Shown here: positions 1 to 9,870 of the stretch, one piece after another
Numbering within the stretch: position 1 is the stretch's first letter
Layout: each line of letters opens with the position of its first letter
DNA from: a virus
Direction: 5' to 3' (one strand)
IMG/VR virus record: IMGVR_UViG_3300020420_000012
Span: 17,636 to 81,635 of that record
DNA: 64,000 nt
The notes under the pieces: generated by a model
Told to the model about the DNA's origin: nothing
Seen by the model: only the letters and a program-made list of their open reading frames with translations
Databases searched by the model: none
Translations under genes and position numbers: made by a program

Positions 1-1373
1 GTGCTCCTAGTAACCGGTGCTCTATTTTCTATGTATAGTAGTTCTCCGGATAATAGTTTTATGTCATCTGCTGAATCACCTTTAGTATTTGCGTCAAGAC
101 CGGCTGCAACTGTAGTTGCACTGTTACCACCACCTTGTATCGTTTCATTTTCTGCAAATGTATGAAATCCTGTTGTTTCTGTCTGATGGAAAAATATTTT
201 ATCACCTACGACTTCATCAACTAAACCTTTTGCTCCAGAAGTTTGTCCTGTTATGGTTGTATCTGCAGTAAAATTTGCTGCATCAACAGCACTTGTAACT
301 AATAAAAATCTTATTGCTCTTCCGGATGCAACGTCTAATGCGGAGTCTGCACCAGCAATTCCTTTAAAAACTCTTGGATTTCTAAACAATCCTACTTGTC
401 TAAAATCGTTTCCTACAATAAAATCATTATTCTCATTTCCACTTGGTTTAGTATTAAACATTAATGATGTTGAAAGTAAATCTGTTCTTGCATCTGCACC
501 GATACCACTATCTGGACCTATGATAACTCTTGCAGTTGCTTGTACTCCACCTGCACTATCAGGAGCTGGTATAAGCACACTTGCAAAGTCAAAACCTCTG
601 CCCATTTGCATGGCACTATCTGCACTTGAATCAAGTTCAATTTTTGTGATAGATCCACCATTTACTGTCGCAGTAATTGCAGGAGTACTATCGCCATCTC
701 CTTGAATGACAACAGCAGGTGGAGAAGCATCGACGTATCCTGAACCGCTGTTTGTCATCACTACACCTAAAATTTGCCCGGGCACTGCCGCGTCTTGAAC
801 GTTTTTTTGTAAAACTTCAAGTGGTTCTAGTGTTCTGTTTAAAGTAGCAGAATCAAGTTGAAGTTGAGTAGGTAAAAAATTTGCAGATAAAAATTTATTT
901 GCATTTGCCGCACCCATTGAATATATGTACTTCCAAACGTAACCATCTGAAAGTTTAAATGCTTTTGTTCCAGTGCCACTTGGTTTTACAGTTGATACTT
1001 GTATTGCACCACTTGCATCTTTTGAAGGTTTAAGACAAACATAAACTTGATTATCTTCAGTTAAAACATAATAGCTATTAGTGGAAGGTTGAGTTGCAAA
1101 AGTATCATCAAATCCTTGGTATTTATTTCCTGACGTCCAATTGTGTCTTGGAATAACGTAGCTGCAAGTCTGTGCTGATTTCATCGACTGAAGAGCTGCT
1201 CTTAAGTTTCTATCTTCTCTTCTACTATCAAGAGGAGTCGTGACATTTTCTGCAGAATCATAAGGCTCTGACTTTCCTATACCAATATAATATCTTGACG
1301 AATCAAGTCTTACTTCATCAAATATCAGTTGAGCAAATTTTCTTTTTAATTTTTTAGTTATTATTGCTGGCAT
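1..1373 (-). CDS. gp8: Baseplate wedge subunit gp8-like (partial, runs off the left edge)
   Basis: Hand-translated from ATG at 1373: MPAIITKKLKRKFAQLIFDEVRLDSSRYYIGIGKSEPYD...YVIPRHNWTSG...YVLTEDNQVYVCL...DGYVWKYIY. These motifs are typical of T4-like gp8. Not in the ORF track because it has no stop in the window. Confidence 0.8.
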   Translation of the reverse strand, partial: MPAIITKKLKRKFAQLIFDEVRLDSSRYYIGIGKSEPYDSAENVTTPLDSRREDRNLRAALQSMKSAQTCSYVIPRHNWTSGNKYQGFDDTFATQPSTNSYYVLTEDNQVYVCLKPSKDASGAIQVSTVKPSGTGTKAFKLSDGYVWKYIYSMGAANANKFLSANFLPTQLQLDSATLNRTLEPLEVLQKNVQDAAVPGQILGVVMTNSGSGYVDASPPAVVIQGDGDSTPAITATVNGGSITKIELDSSADSAMQMGRGFDFASVLIPAPDSAGGVQATARVIIGPDSGIGADARTDLLSTSLMFNTKPSGNENNDFIVGNDFRQVGLFRNPRVFKGIAGADSALDVASGRAIRFLLVTSAVDAANFTADTTITGQTSGAKGLVDEVVGDKIFFHQTETTGFHTFAENETIQGGGNSATTVAAGLDANTKGDSADDIKLLSGELLYIENRAPVTRS

Positions 1374-1386
1374 GTTAAATCCTTAT

Positions 1387-2337
1387 CTATGCTACCGTTA
1401 CTTCACCTTGGTTTCCTACCAAAAACCATTTTGCTCCATCCCATACGCAAGTACATCCATCGTTTGCTGCTAGAGTAAATTTACTTCCTTGAGCAAAACT
1501 AACTGGCGTAATCTCCATTGCTTCTGAACCTTTGTTTGTAAAAATTTTATATTCACCAACGGTGGTTCCATTAGCAAGACTAAGAGTTAATGTACCACCA
1601 GAATTTTTATTACCTATGACTAACGTGCCACTTACTATTGAAGTGGCGTTAGTATCGACAGTTACAGAGCTAAAAGCTGCTTTGCTTAAATTGACTGAAC
1701 CTGTACCTTTTGCACTAAGATCTAAATTAGCATCAGTGGCACCACCTGTAGTAGTTATTGAAGGAGCATTTGATCCTGCAGCATTCGCTATAGTAATTTC
1801 ATTCTGTGCACTAGTAGTTGCGGTTAGTTTAATTATTTCTGCACCATTTGCATCATTAATTAAAGTTCCAATTCTTGGTGAATTTATGATAGGTGATGTT
1901 AATGTCTTATTTGTTAATGTATCTGTTGAAGTTCTAGCTACTAAAGTATCAGCGCCAGAAGGTATCGTAACTGTACCACCATTTGTAATAGATGCTATTG
2001 TTGGTGTAGTTAAAGTTTTATTTGTCAGTGTATCTGTTGTTGCCTTACCAACTAGTGTATCTGTTGCATCAGGTAAATTGATTATGTTATCTTGACTAGG
2101 ATCAGTGGCAATTAACTTTGTTTGTGTATCATCACCAGAAGTAGCACCTTGAAACATTACAACTCCAGTGCCACCAGAATCAGTAAGCTTTATCTTTTGG
2201 CTTAAGTTGCTACCGTCTGCACCCAACTGATTATATAATTCAGTAAAGTTTGAATTAATTTTAGTAGCTGCATTACGTAAGGTATCTCCGGTACCGTCGT
2301 TTGCTGATGAGCCTGTACTTATTGTTGCTTTTGCCAT
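1387..2337 (-). CDS. Baseplate/tail-fibre connector, gp9/gp10-like N-terminus
   Basis: N-terminal GSSANDGTGDTLRNAATKINSNFTELY motif; internal TDTLTNKTLT repeats; TATAAATA late promoter upstream. Confidence 0.7.
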   Translation of the reverse strand: MAKATISTGSSANDGTGDTLRNAATKINSNFTELYNQLGADGSNLSQKIKLTDSGGTGVVMFQGATSGDDTQTKLIATDPSQDNIINLPDATDTLVGKATTDTLTNKTLTTPTIASITNGGTVTIPSGADTLVARTSTDTLTNKTLTSPIINSPRIGTLINDANGAEIIKLTATTSAQNEITIANAAGSNAPSITTTGGATDANLDLSAKGTGSVNLSKAAFSSVTVDTNATSIVSGTLVIGNKNSGGTLTLSLANGTTVGEYKIFTNKGSEAMEITPVSFAQGSKFTLAANDGCTCVWDGAKWFLVGNQGEVTVA

Positions 2338-2358
2338 TCTAAATCCTTATGATAGTTC

Positions 2359-2366
2359 TATTTATA
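2359..2366 (-). promoter_or_regulatory. T4-type late promoter TATAAATA
   Basis: Exact TATAAATA on the minus strand ~20 nt upstream of the 2337 start. Confidence 0.7.
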
Positions 2367-3320
2367 CTAGAAAGATGAATCACTTGTTACCCTTGTGAAA
2401 AATTCGTTATCCATTGTTTCAAAAGTATTTGATATATCAGCTTGCGTTGTGTCATCAAAAGTAAATGAGTTTGGTGTTAAAATTTGTCTTATGCTTCCAT
2501 AGTTATTATCTAAGAAGCTAAGAGAAACATTCTGATAATCAGATACCAGTTTATTTATATCAGATATACGCAACGGACTTGTGCCGCCTGCACCAGCAGA
2601 ATCAAAGAGTGTAGTAAGTTGAGTAAACCCACGAGCCATTCCTAGCTCAGCTTCTGATTGAACTAAAAACGCAACGTTTGAGTCTGTTATCGATTGTATT
2701 TGATTTGGTAAACCAGATGTAACACCTACTGCGCTTACTTCTCCTTCAACATAAAAACCAGCAGGATGTATAAATTTAGTGTATAACTCTTTCCATGTGT
2801 CTATGCTTAAAGATGATTTTACTAGTATAGAAAAAATTTGATATCTTTGATAGTTTTGAATAAATTTTATAGAATCAACACCAATCTTACTTGTTTCTTC
2901 ACCTATTTTAAATATATCTTTTTTAGGATATTCTATCTCTACGTTTTCTTGAAAAAATAATCTAAAAAATTCTTGTGCACTTAACTTACTTCCACTATTT
3001 TTATGTAGCTCGGCAAGTCTTGTAAGTGCATATCTTTTATCAGTAAAATTTTCTCCAGTATTTAAACCACCTGCTAATTCAGAAACTAAATTATTTAGTA
3101 AATCTTCAGGCATTTCATGTATATCTTTTTTAGAAAAAATTTGTTTCATATCATCGCCAAATGCATGAGATCCACCTGATGAATCTAAAAAATCATAATA
3201 TTTTTCTAAGAAAGTTACAAGCTTTGGAAAATCTTGTGTAAAAATTTCAGGTAAAGACTCCCTTACTTTTCTTACTTGAAAGTTTTTTAATCTTCTATTA
3301 CTTTTATAATTTAATCCCAT
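2367..3320 (-). CDS. Baseplate wedge initiator gp7-like
   Basis: FPKLVTFLEKYYDFL...FFRLFF...YQIFSILVKS...IHPAGF motifs; lies directly after gp6. Confidence 0.65.
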   Translation of the reverse strand: MGLNYKSNRRLKNFQVRKVRESLPEIFTQDFPKLVTFLEKYYDFLDSSGGSHAFGDDMKQIFSKKDIHEMPEDLLNNLVSELAGGLNTGENFTDKRYALTRLAELHKNSGSKLSAQEFFRLFFQENVEIEYPKKDIFKIGEETSKIGVDSIKFIQNYQRYQIFSILVKSSLSIDTWKELYTKFIHPAGFYVEGEVSAVGVTSGLPNQIQSITDSNVAFLVQSEAELGMARGFTQLTTLFDSAGAGGTSPLRISDINKLVSDYQNVSLSFLDNNYGSIRQILTPNSFTFDDTTQADISNTFETMDNEFFTRVTSDSSF

Positions 3321-5149
3321 TATAGTGTCGTCTTAGTGTTTTGAAAATCAAGTAATGCCGATGATATTGATGCATCTGTATCAATATCAATAACAAAGTT
3401 TCTTAAAGGTCTTATTGTACTTTGATTTGCTGGAGTAACTGAGACCTTAATTTTATCTCCATCAAAGGCGCTTACCTTAAATCCTCTTAAAGTTACTTTA
3501 CCAGCATTTGTATCATAATCACCAATATTATTTGCAATTACTGCTCCAGTTGTAGATACAACCTGAAGTTGATTTGTTTTTAAAAGGTTTCTAATAAAAC
3601 AAGTTATGCCTTGAAATGTAAATTTACTACTTGTAACAATAAAATTTACATCATCTGGATCTGCAAGTTTTACTGGATAATTTATTATGTATTCAAGACT
3701 TTGATTTAAAGTAGGTAAAAAACTATTTTGTATCTTTACAGACATTTTAGAATTTAAAATTGACGGATCTAATGCATCTATTAAAGTTAAAAGATTAGAT
3801 CTTCTAAATACCTTATTAAATCGTTTCAAATTAGTGTTAAAAAAGTTGTTAATTAAATTTTGTACTCTAACTTGGATTGATTGAGGAGTTGAAGACGTAA
3901 GATCAGGATCTAAGTTAAATGTTGTTAATAATTCTAAGTTAATAGTTTCTGGATCAACAAAAACTGTATCAATTGACATAATTGACAAATTATCTGACAA
4001 TTCTGTTATTATTTGATCTTTTACGCTCTGTTGATTTGTTGTGCTTATGTTGTCTTTAAACTTTAAACCAACAAATACTTTTCCATACTGTCTAGGTTCA
4101 TTATCTTCACCACCAAATGAAGTAACATCATCTAAAAAATTATTAAAATTTGTAAGTATTTGAGCTTTATAATCTTCTGCAGTCACAAGTCTTCTTTGTG
4201 AAGTAAAAGCAATAGGCGCATTATTTCTTATTGATTCAATACTTTCTTTGTAAGCTCCACCAGCTGAAGCAGATTCTGTTACAGTAGTAAGATTATACTC
4301 AACACCTGCAACTCTAACTGTACTTACTGAACTAAAGCTTGATCCGCCGTTTGCAATAGTACCTTGAGTTGACAAGTAATCTACTACTACTTTGTTACCT
4401 GCGACAGGAGCCTTACCTGTCGATATACCGTCACCAAATATTATTTCATAAAATCCGTTAGGTACTTCTTTTATTTGAAAATAAGTTGAAGTATTTTCAA
4501 CACGAACAGCTTTTAATATGTTTGTATATGTATCAAACGTTGAACTGTTGGCAGTGTCAAAAACTCTTACTCTTATTGTTGACGTATCCATAGTTACATC
4601 AGGTATAACATAAACTTGATTATCTGAAGTTTCTCCTACAAAAAATGTTTTAGTTTTTTCAGTTCCTTCGAAGACAGGTATACCAGTTGAGTTATCACTT
4701 GTTACAAATTGATAGTTACCTACTCCATCGTCAGTTGCTGTAAAAACTTCTCTTGTTTGAAAAGTAAAAGCAGTACCGTCAACGCTTGTTGTAAATTCAG
4801 TATTTCTAGGCAATGTTATTGTTGCTGGTCTGTTTGTTGCAGTAACTAATAAACTTAAATTTAAAGTTGCCTGTGAAGCTGAATAAGATCTTGGCACATA
4901 ACCTAAACCTTCAGCTAAAGAAACCACTGAGCTTCTAAGTTGTGCGCTGTTTATAAACGATTCATTTAATCCAAAGTTCGCATTTAATCCGCTAAAATGA
5001 GTGTTGTAAGCTAACACATCAAGTATATTGCTTAATCCAGATGCTTCAAAATCATAATCAGCAAATTCTGTTTGTCTTTTAAGAAAATCTTTTAATTGAG
5101 ATTTTATAGTATCAAAATCTAATTCTGTACTTTTTATTGTTGTAGCCAT
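3320..5149 (-). CDS. gp6: Baseplate wedge subunit gp6
   Basis: LDFDTIK...DYDFEASGLSNILDVLAYNTH...SAQLRSSVVSLA...RLVTAEDY motifs. Confidence 0.92.
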   Translation of the reverse strand: MATTIKSTELDFDTIKSQLKDFLKRQTEFADYDFEASGLSNILDVLAYNTHFSGLNANFGLNESFINSAQLRSSVVSLAEGLGYVPRSYSASQATLNLSLLVTATNRPATITLPRNTEFTTSVDGTAFTFQTREVFTATDDGVGNYQFVTSDNSTGIPVFEGTEKTKTFFVGETSDNQVYVIPDVTMDTSTIRVRVFDTANSSTFDTYTNILKAVRVENTSTYFQIKEVPNGFYEIIFGDGISTGKAPVAGNKVVVDYLSTQGTIANGGSSFSSVSTVRVAGVEYNLTTVTESASAGGAYKESIESIRNNAPIAFTSQRRLVTAEDYKAQILTNFNNFLDDVTSFGGEDNEPRQYGKVFVGLKFKDNISTTNQQSVKDQIITELSDNLSIMSIDTVFVDPETINLELLTTFNLDPDLTSSTPQSIQVRVQNLINNFFNTNLKRFNKVFRRSNLLTLIDALDPSILNSKMSVKIQNSFLPTLNQSLEYIINYPVKLADPDDVNFIVTSSKFTFQGITCFIRNLLKTNQLQVVSTTGAVIANNIGDYDTNAGKVTLRGFKVSAFDGDKIKVSVTPANQSTIRPLRNFVIDIDTDASISSALLDFQNTKTTL

Positions 5150-5592
5150 TACCTTAACCTTGTTAATGATATTTGAGTATTTAGTGTTTCATTTGTACTT
5201 ATTATCTTAAATTTAACTGTTACATCTATTTCATTTCTATCATCATTTCTTAATATTTTTATGTTTAGAACTTTTGCTCTTGGTTCAAATATTTCAATAC
5301 TTTCTAATATTCTTTCTTCAAGTCCTATTTCGTCAATGGTAGTATTTAATGAGAATAGTAATGAATTTAAATCACCTCCATAGCGAGGTAAAAATGGTTT
5401 TTCACTAAAGTTTGTTAATAATAAATTTCTAACAGCTTGTGCTACAGCACCAGCATCTGTTTTTTTAAAAATATCACCAGATGCTCTTTTTGAAAAAGTT
5501 AAGTCAATATCAGAGTAACTTTTTTTACGAGCAGTTACTATAGTTGTCGAATTAATATTTCCGTCTTCAACTGAAAAAACTTTTTGTGGCAT
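5149..5592 (-). CDS. gp25: Baseplate wedge subunit gp25
   Basis: YSDIDLTF...AVRNLLLTNFSEKPFLPRYGG...FEPRAKV. Confidence 0.9.
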   Translation of the reverse strand: MPQKVFSVEDGNINSTTIVTARKKSYSDIDLTFSKRASGDIFKKTDAGAVAQAVRNLLLTNFSEKPFLPRYGGDLNSLLFSLNTTIDEIGLEERILESIEIFEPRAKVLNIKILRNDDRNEIDVTVKFKIISTNETLNTQISLTRLR

Positions 5593-5610
5593 TTAAAATT
5601 CCTTTTACCC

Positions 5611-5618
5611 TATTTATA
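5611..5618 (-). promoter_or_regulatory. T4-type late promoter TATAAATA
   Basis: Exact match upstream of gp25. Confidence 0.7.
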
Positions 5619-5622
5619 AGGT

Positions 5623-7623
5623 TTATGCTAAGACTTCTATTAATTCGTTTGTTGTTTGTACGTTATTATTATATCTTGTCTCAACATCATTTTTATACTT
5701 AACCGACCATGGCGGTAATATTTCCGGCATAATTAAAATTATCTGTGCATTTATAGAATTATCAGGATTATATGTATCATAATCCAATATTAATTTATCA
5801 AACTGTAAGTTATTTTTCCAATACGTTGCAAGTTCATATGTTTTTTCAACGTCTATTTCTCCGTCTTCACCTATTAGTTCATAAACAACTGCTAAACCTC
5901 TTGACATTAAATAGTTTACACCATCACTTACATCTAAGTTTTCACCTGCTTCTGCTCTATATAATCCTTCTACAACTTGTAATCTAAATTCATTAAATCT
6001 TTTTGCTCCTGTACTTGAGTTAATAAGTTTCATTGCATGAGCATGTAACACATATTGTTTTGCCAATCTTAATTTTTCGCCATCTTCAAGTATATGTGTT
6101 AAAGTAACAGGATCACCTACACCACCTAAAAATTTTGCCATTGGTATTCCAGGTGCTAGTTTAGTTCTACTGGTTATAATATCTTGAAACACAGGATTAT
6201 ATTTAGGGTCGACAAAAAAATCTGTCGTTAGACTTGATGTTTGTTTTGTAGTAAATCTTTTTGCGGTGTTTCTTGATTTACCTATTATTCTTGATCCTAA
6301 AGATGATATTTTTTCATTGCTCGAAGTCCTATTTGTTAATTTTGGTACCATAGAAGCAAAATCTGCAGAAATTATTCCGTCTGTTATGCAAGCACCAACA
6401 AACGTTTCGTTGTTGATATTATTTGGATCTCTTAATTTAGAACGCGCTTGTCTTGTATTTAAATCACTGTTTGACACACCTCCAAATTTTGTAGTTTTAT
6501 CAACAGAATTTTTCATTAAATCACCTTCATCAATATCAACTCTTTGTATCGATAAAGGTGAATTTTCTAATAAATCATTTAATATACTAGTAGTAGGATT
6601 TACGGTGTTTTTATCTGATGCTGTTTCAATTGTTTGAGTGCCACCACCAGAACCAGGTCCTGATGGTGCAGAACCGGCTTCATCTGCTTTTGCTGCGAAA
6701 GATGCTTTACCATTTAATGTACCATGAAACGTTGTAGCATGCATTGATGTAGAATTAACTCGTGGTATATGAGCAGACTTAGCATACATTACAATCTCAT
6801 CACCACCAATGGTACCACTATCACCAAACACCGAAAGAGATGAAGCTGCAATGTTTGCACTTTTTGTTGATAAACTAACTTCATTTTCTGCAGTCATAAA
6901 TAATGTTCCACCTACATTAAAATTTTGATCTTGACCAACAAATAAACTATTACTTGATTTAATGATGTTAGTGTTGTCACCAAAAATAAGATTATTATTT
7001 GCACCTATTACTGTAGTAGAATTGTTTCCAGTTATTTCAGTTTCTACACTACCTGAAACTTGTGTATTGATTCCTCTTTTAACCTTTTGCTCAATGTCAC
7101 CATCAACAGTGACATTATAATCACCACCGACTTCAAGATCAAAATCACCAGCAACTTTTAATTTTAAATTACCGTTATACTGTATCTCACCATCGCCATC
7201 AACAATTACTTTTTCATCATGAGCTGTTATTTTTATACTGTTGTTAGTAGAACTATAAATCATAGTTCCATCTGCTCTCATTTCAATACCACTGCCTGAC
7301 CTATGTCTTAACATTATTTTTTCAACACCTGGTGTATCATCATATTCTATGATATGTCCGGATGGAGTTTCTTTTACCTGACTATTAGTATATGTTGCAA
7401 CCGGTTCATCATCTAAATCTAAATCGATGTCAGGAACACTTCCTCCTGTATAAACATTTTTTCTATCGGTTCCTCTTGCGTATTTACCAACACCAGAAGT
7501 AAAAAAATAATCAGTCTTAGGATGTTGACCTGTAGGATCGCTTCTTGCGTCTTTAGGATCTTGATTAGATTTAAGTTCTTCATCACTTAATACTTGATCT
7601 ATATTTTCATAAATTGTGCTCAT
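5623..7623 (-). CDS. gp5-like spike, C-terminal part (beta-helix) with a degenerate peptidase M15-like C-terminal domain
   Basis: ETPSGHIIEYDDTPG...HRSGS and VxGD/N repeats typical of gp5. The C-terminal VVEGLYR...SRGLAVVYE...FDKLILDY resembles the M15 fold without its His/Asp ligands. Confidence 0.75.
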   Translation of the reverse strand: MSTIYENIDQVLSDEELKSNQDPKDARSDPTGQHPKTDYFFTSGVGKYARGTDRKNVYTGGSVPDIDLDLDDEPVATYTNSQVKETPSGHIIEYDDTPGVEKIMLRHRSGSGIEMRADGTMIYSSTNNSIKITAHDEKVIVDGDGEIQYNGNLKLKVAGDFDLEVGGDYNVTVDGDIEQKVKRGINTQVSGSVETEITGNNSTTVIGANNNLIFGDNTNIIKSSNSLFVGQDQNFNVGGTLFMTAENEVSLSTKSANIAASSLSVFGDSGTIGGDEIVMYAKSAHIPRVNSTSMHATTFHGTLNGKASFAAKADEAGSAPSGPGSGGGTQTIETASDKNTVNPTTSILNDLLENSPLSIQRVDIDEGDLMKNSVDKTTKFGGVSNSDLNTRQARSKLRDPNNINNETFVGACITDGIISADFASMVPKLTNRTSSNEKISSLGSRIIGKSRNTAKRFTTKQTSSLTTDFFVDPKYNPVFQDIITSRTKLAPGIPMAKFLGGVGDPVTLTHILEDGEKLRLAKQYVLHAHAMKLINSSTGAKRFNEFRLQVVEGLYRAEAGENLDVSDGVNYLMSRGLAVVYELIGEDGEIDVEKTYELATYWKNNLQFDKLILDYDTYNPDNSINAQIILIMPEILPPWSVKYKNDVETRYNNNVQTTNELIEVLA

Positions 7624-7632
7624 ATGTACCTA

Positions 7633-9870
7633 CTAAAATAATTTTTTGAATGCGTTTATGCCATCAGTTAGTTTTTGTGCAGCGGTGCTTGTTGATGGTG
7701 CTGCTTGTTTAATTGTGTCATCTATTTTAGCACCAAGTGCATCTTTATCAACTGTTAAATTTTTTATTTTTAAATCGTTACTAAGTTTTGAAAAAGAACC
7801 TGCTGCTTCATTCTTTGCCGCATTGAATCCATTTTGTATTCCATTTTCAATGCTTTTGCTATCAGACAATGCAGTATTTATTTCAGAAGTTGCAGTATCG
7901 ATATCTTTAGTTATTTGCTCTCCGTCTAATTCATTTATTCTTTCAAAATCTTTTAACACTGCATCAAAACTAAATTTTCTCTTAGAATTAAAAGCACTAG
8001 TTGATGATTTTGCTAATTTTTTTGGTCTTATAAAGGCAGAAGTTTTTTTACTTGGACTTTCTTCAACTGCAGTTGGATCATCTATATTTGTTGTTTTTTC
8101 AAATTTTTTACGATAAATGTCAATGTCAAATCCTGGTCCTTCGTATCTTCTATTTATTTCATAGTCTCCATAAACATTTCCGCCAGGGAATACTTCATAA
8201 AAAACTTTCATAAACTCTTCTAAAGAATTTATTTGAAATTGAGTGGCTGGTTTTTCTTTTGTAGCAACTAAAGTTAATTGTATACCACTTTTTGTAAACG
8301 TAGCATATTTCTTATTTCTAATTTCATCAATAGGTCTGCCTCTTTGTATTGTGCCATCAGTTCTTATAATATAATGACTTTGTATACCAAACAACTTTGC
8401 ATCTTTTAAAATTGTTGCATTTACTTCTTTAGCTACATCGCTTGGATCAGAAGCAGCTGAGGACTTTTCTTCAATAAGAAAAGCTTGATCAGCCTTTTTA
8501 CTTTTTTCGTGTATAAATGCTGCATCAAAATTACCTGTAGGAGGAGGAGGGCCTGCATATTTTGCGGTCCAACCAACAACTAGTGTTGTTATTGCATTTT
8601 CATTGTCATCTTTTCTTCTTTCACAATTTTCCAATTCTTGTTGTAATTCTTCCATGCTATCAACAATTTCAAACTTATAATCCTTTGATGTTGAAAAACC
8701 ATTAAATCCTGATTGTGTAGTAGGTATGTCACTTATTTGTATTGGAACAATATCTTTTTTAATAAGATCACCTTTGTCAACAAGCTTAGCAAAATTAGAG
8801 TTTAAAGATAATTCGCCAGTTTTGGCATCTACACCTTCTATTAAATTAGGAATTTCTAATCCGTCAGGTATTTTTAAATCAGGAGATATACCAGCAACTT
8901 GTTTTTTTATGTCACCAAGTAAATTACTTAAACCACCTCTTGATTTATTTAACAAGTTAGGTAGAACATTCATACCACTTCTTCCACCAGCTGGCATTAC
9001 TTTCTGTAATAATCCACCTAAGCTTAAACCAGCATTTCCAATCTTTGGTAATTTATTTTTTACTTCAGTTATTACAGACTTTACTGCATTATTTGAAGGA
9101 CTAATACCTGTGTCTTCATTATCAACTGCTTTTTGTAATCTTGATACAACCTTTGTTGATAAAGTACTTGATCTTGTATTTGATGCAAATTCTCTTATTT
9201 TACTTTTATTTGCTGTTAAATGTTTTTTAAATATTTTTAGTGTTCCGGCAGGTGTACCTTGCGAGACAACAATTTTGTTTAAATTCTTCGTTGACATACC
9301 TAGTTTGCCAGTTAATGTTTGTATGTTAGATAATTGACTTGAAGTTTTATCTGCTGATCCATCGCCTGCACCTAACTGCATAATTGCAGGTCTTAGTTTT
9401 TTTATTCCGTCTTTTATTGGTTTCGATCCTCCAAATAAACCCTTTAATCCATTTTTTATTTCACCTGGATTATTAAAAGGAGAACCATTGAGAGCAAAAT
9501 CTTCAGCTTTAAAATTTGCAGCAGATGCTTTCATATCTTTTCCAATTGTGCCTGCTAGTTGTTGTTGAAGATCTACGAAAGCTTTCGGTGCTGTAGCTTC
9601 AAATTCAGCTTGGCTAATTTCTAAGTCAAAATCAACAAATATTCTAAAAACAAATGGGCCCTGTATTTCAATTTTCTTTCCTACAAATACGTAATCAACA
9701 CCGTTTAATAATGTTGTTTTACTTAATTCATCTTCATTATATTTTACTTGTACACGGTTCAAACCTTTTACAATATCACCATCACCAAAAGTAAAAATTC
9801 TTCCATTAAATTTTCTACCATTTGCGTCCGGCGTATTTTTAGGATCTGCGTCTGAAATCACTTCTGGCAT
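7633..9870 (-). CDS. Baseplate-associated protein with a degenerate T7-lysozyme/Amidase_2-like domain
   Basis: GIQSHYIIRTDGTIQRGRP...QINSL...GPGFD; located between the two gp5 parts. Confidence 0.55.
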   Translation of the reverse strand: MPEVISDADPKNTPDANGRKFNGRIFTFGDGDIVKGLNRVQVKYNEDELSKTTLLNGVDYVFVGKKIEIQGPFVFRIFVDFDLEISQAEFEATAPKAFVDLQQQLAGTIGKDMKASAANFKAEDFALNGSPFNNPGEIKNGLKGLFGGSKPIKDGIKKLRPAIMQLGAGDGSADKTSSQLSNIQTLTGKLGMSTKNLNKIVVSQGTPAGTLKIFKKHLTANKSKIREFASNTRSSTLSTKVVSRLQKAVDNEDTGISPSNNAVKSVITEVKNKLPKIGNAGLSLGGLLQKVMPAGGRSGMNVLPNLLNKSRGGLSNLLGDIKKQVAGISPDLKIPDGLEIPNLIEGVDAKTGELSLNSNFAKLVDKGDLIKKDIVPIQISDIPTTQSGFNGFSTSKDYKFEIVDSMEELQQELENCERRKDDNENAITTLVVGWTAKYAGPPPPTGNFDAAFIHEKSKKADQAFLIEEKSSAASDPSDVAKEVNATILKDAKLFGIQSHYIIRTDGTIQRGRPIDEIRNKKYATFTKSGIQLTLVATKEKPATQFQINSLEEFMKVFYEVFPGGNVYGDYEINRRYEGPGFDIDIYRKKFEKTTNIDDPTAVEESPSKKTSAFIRPKKLAKSSTSAFNSKRKFSFDAVLKDFERINELDGEQITKDIDTATSEINTALSDSKSIENGIQNGFNAAKNEAAGSFSKLSNDLKIKNLTVDKDALGAKIDDTIKQAAPSTSTAAQKLTDGINAFKKLF

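Noticed and set aside
1880-2050. TDTLTNKTLT repeats in the gp9-like gene
   Set aside because: A common protein-level repeat in phage fibre and baseplate proteins; not a DNA-level element.
253-2095. Plus-strand ORFs 253-705 and 1532-2095 (and similar ones at 7646, 8726, 25397, 25865, 38599)
   Set aside because: Antisense shadows of well-supported minus-strand genes; no recognisable motifs.
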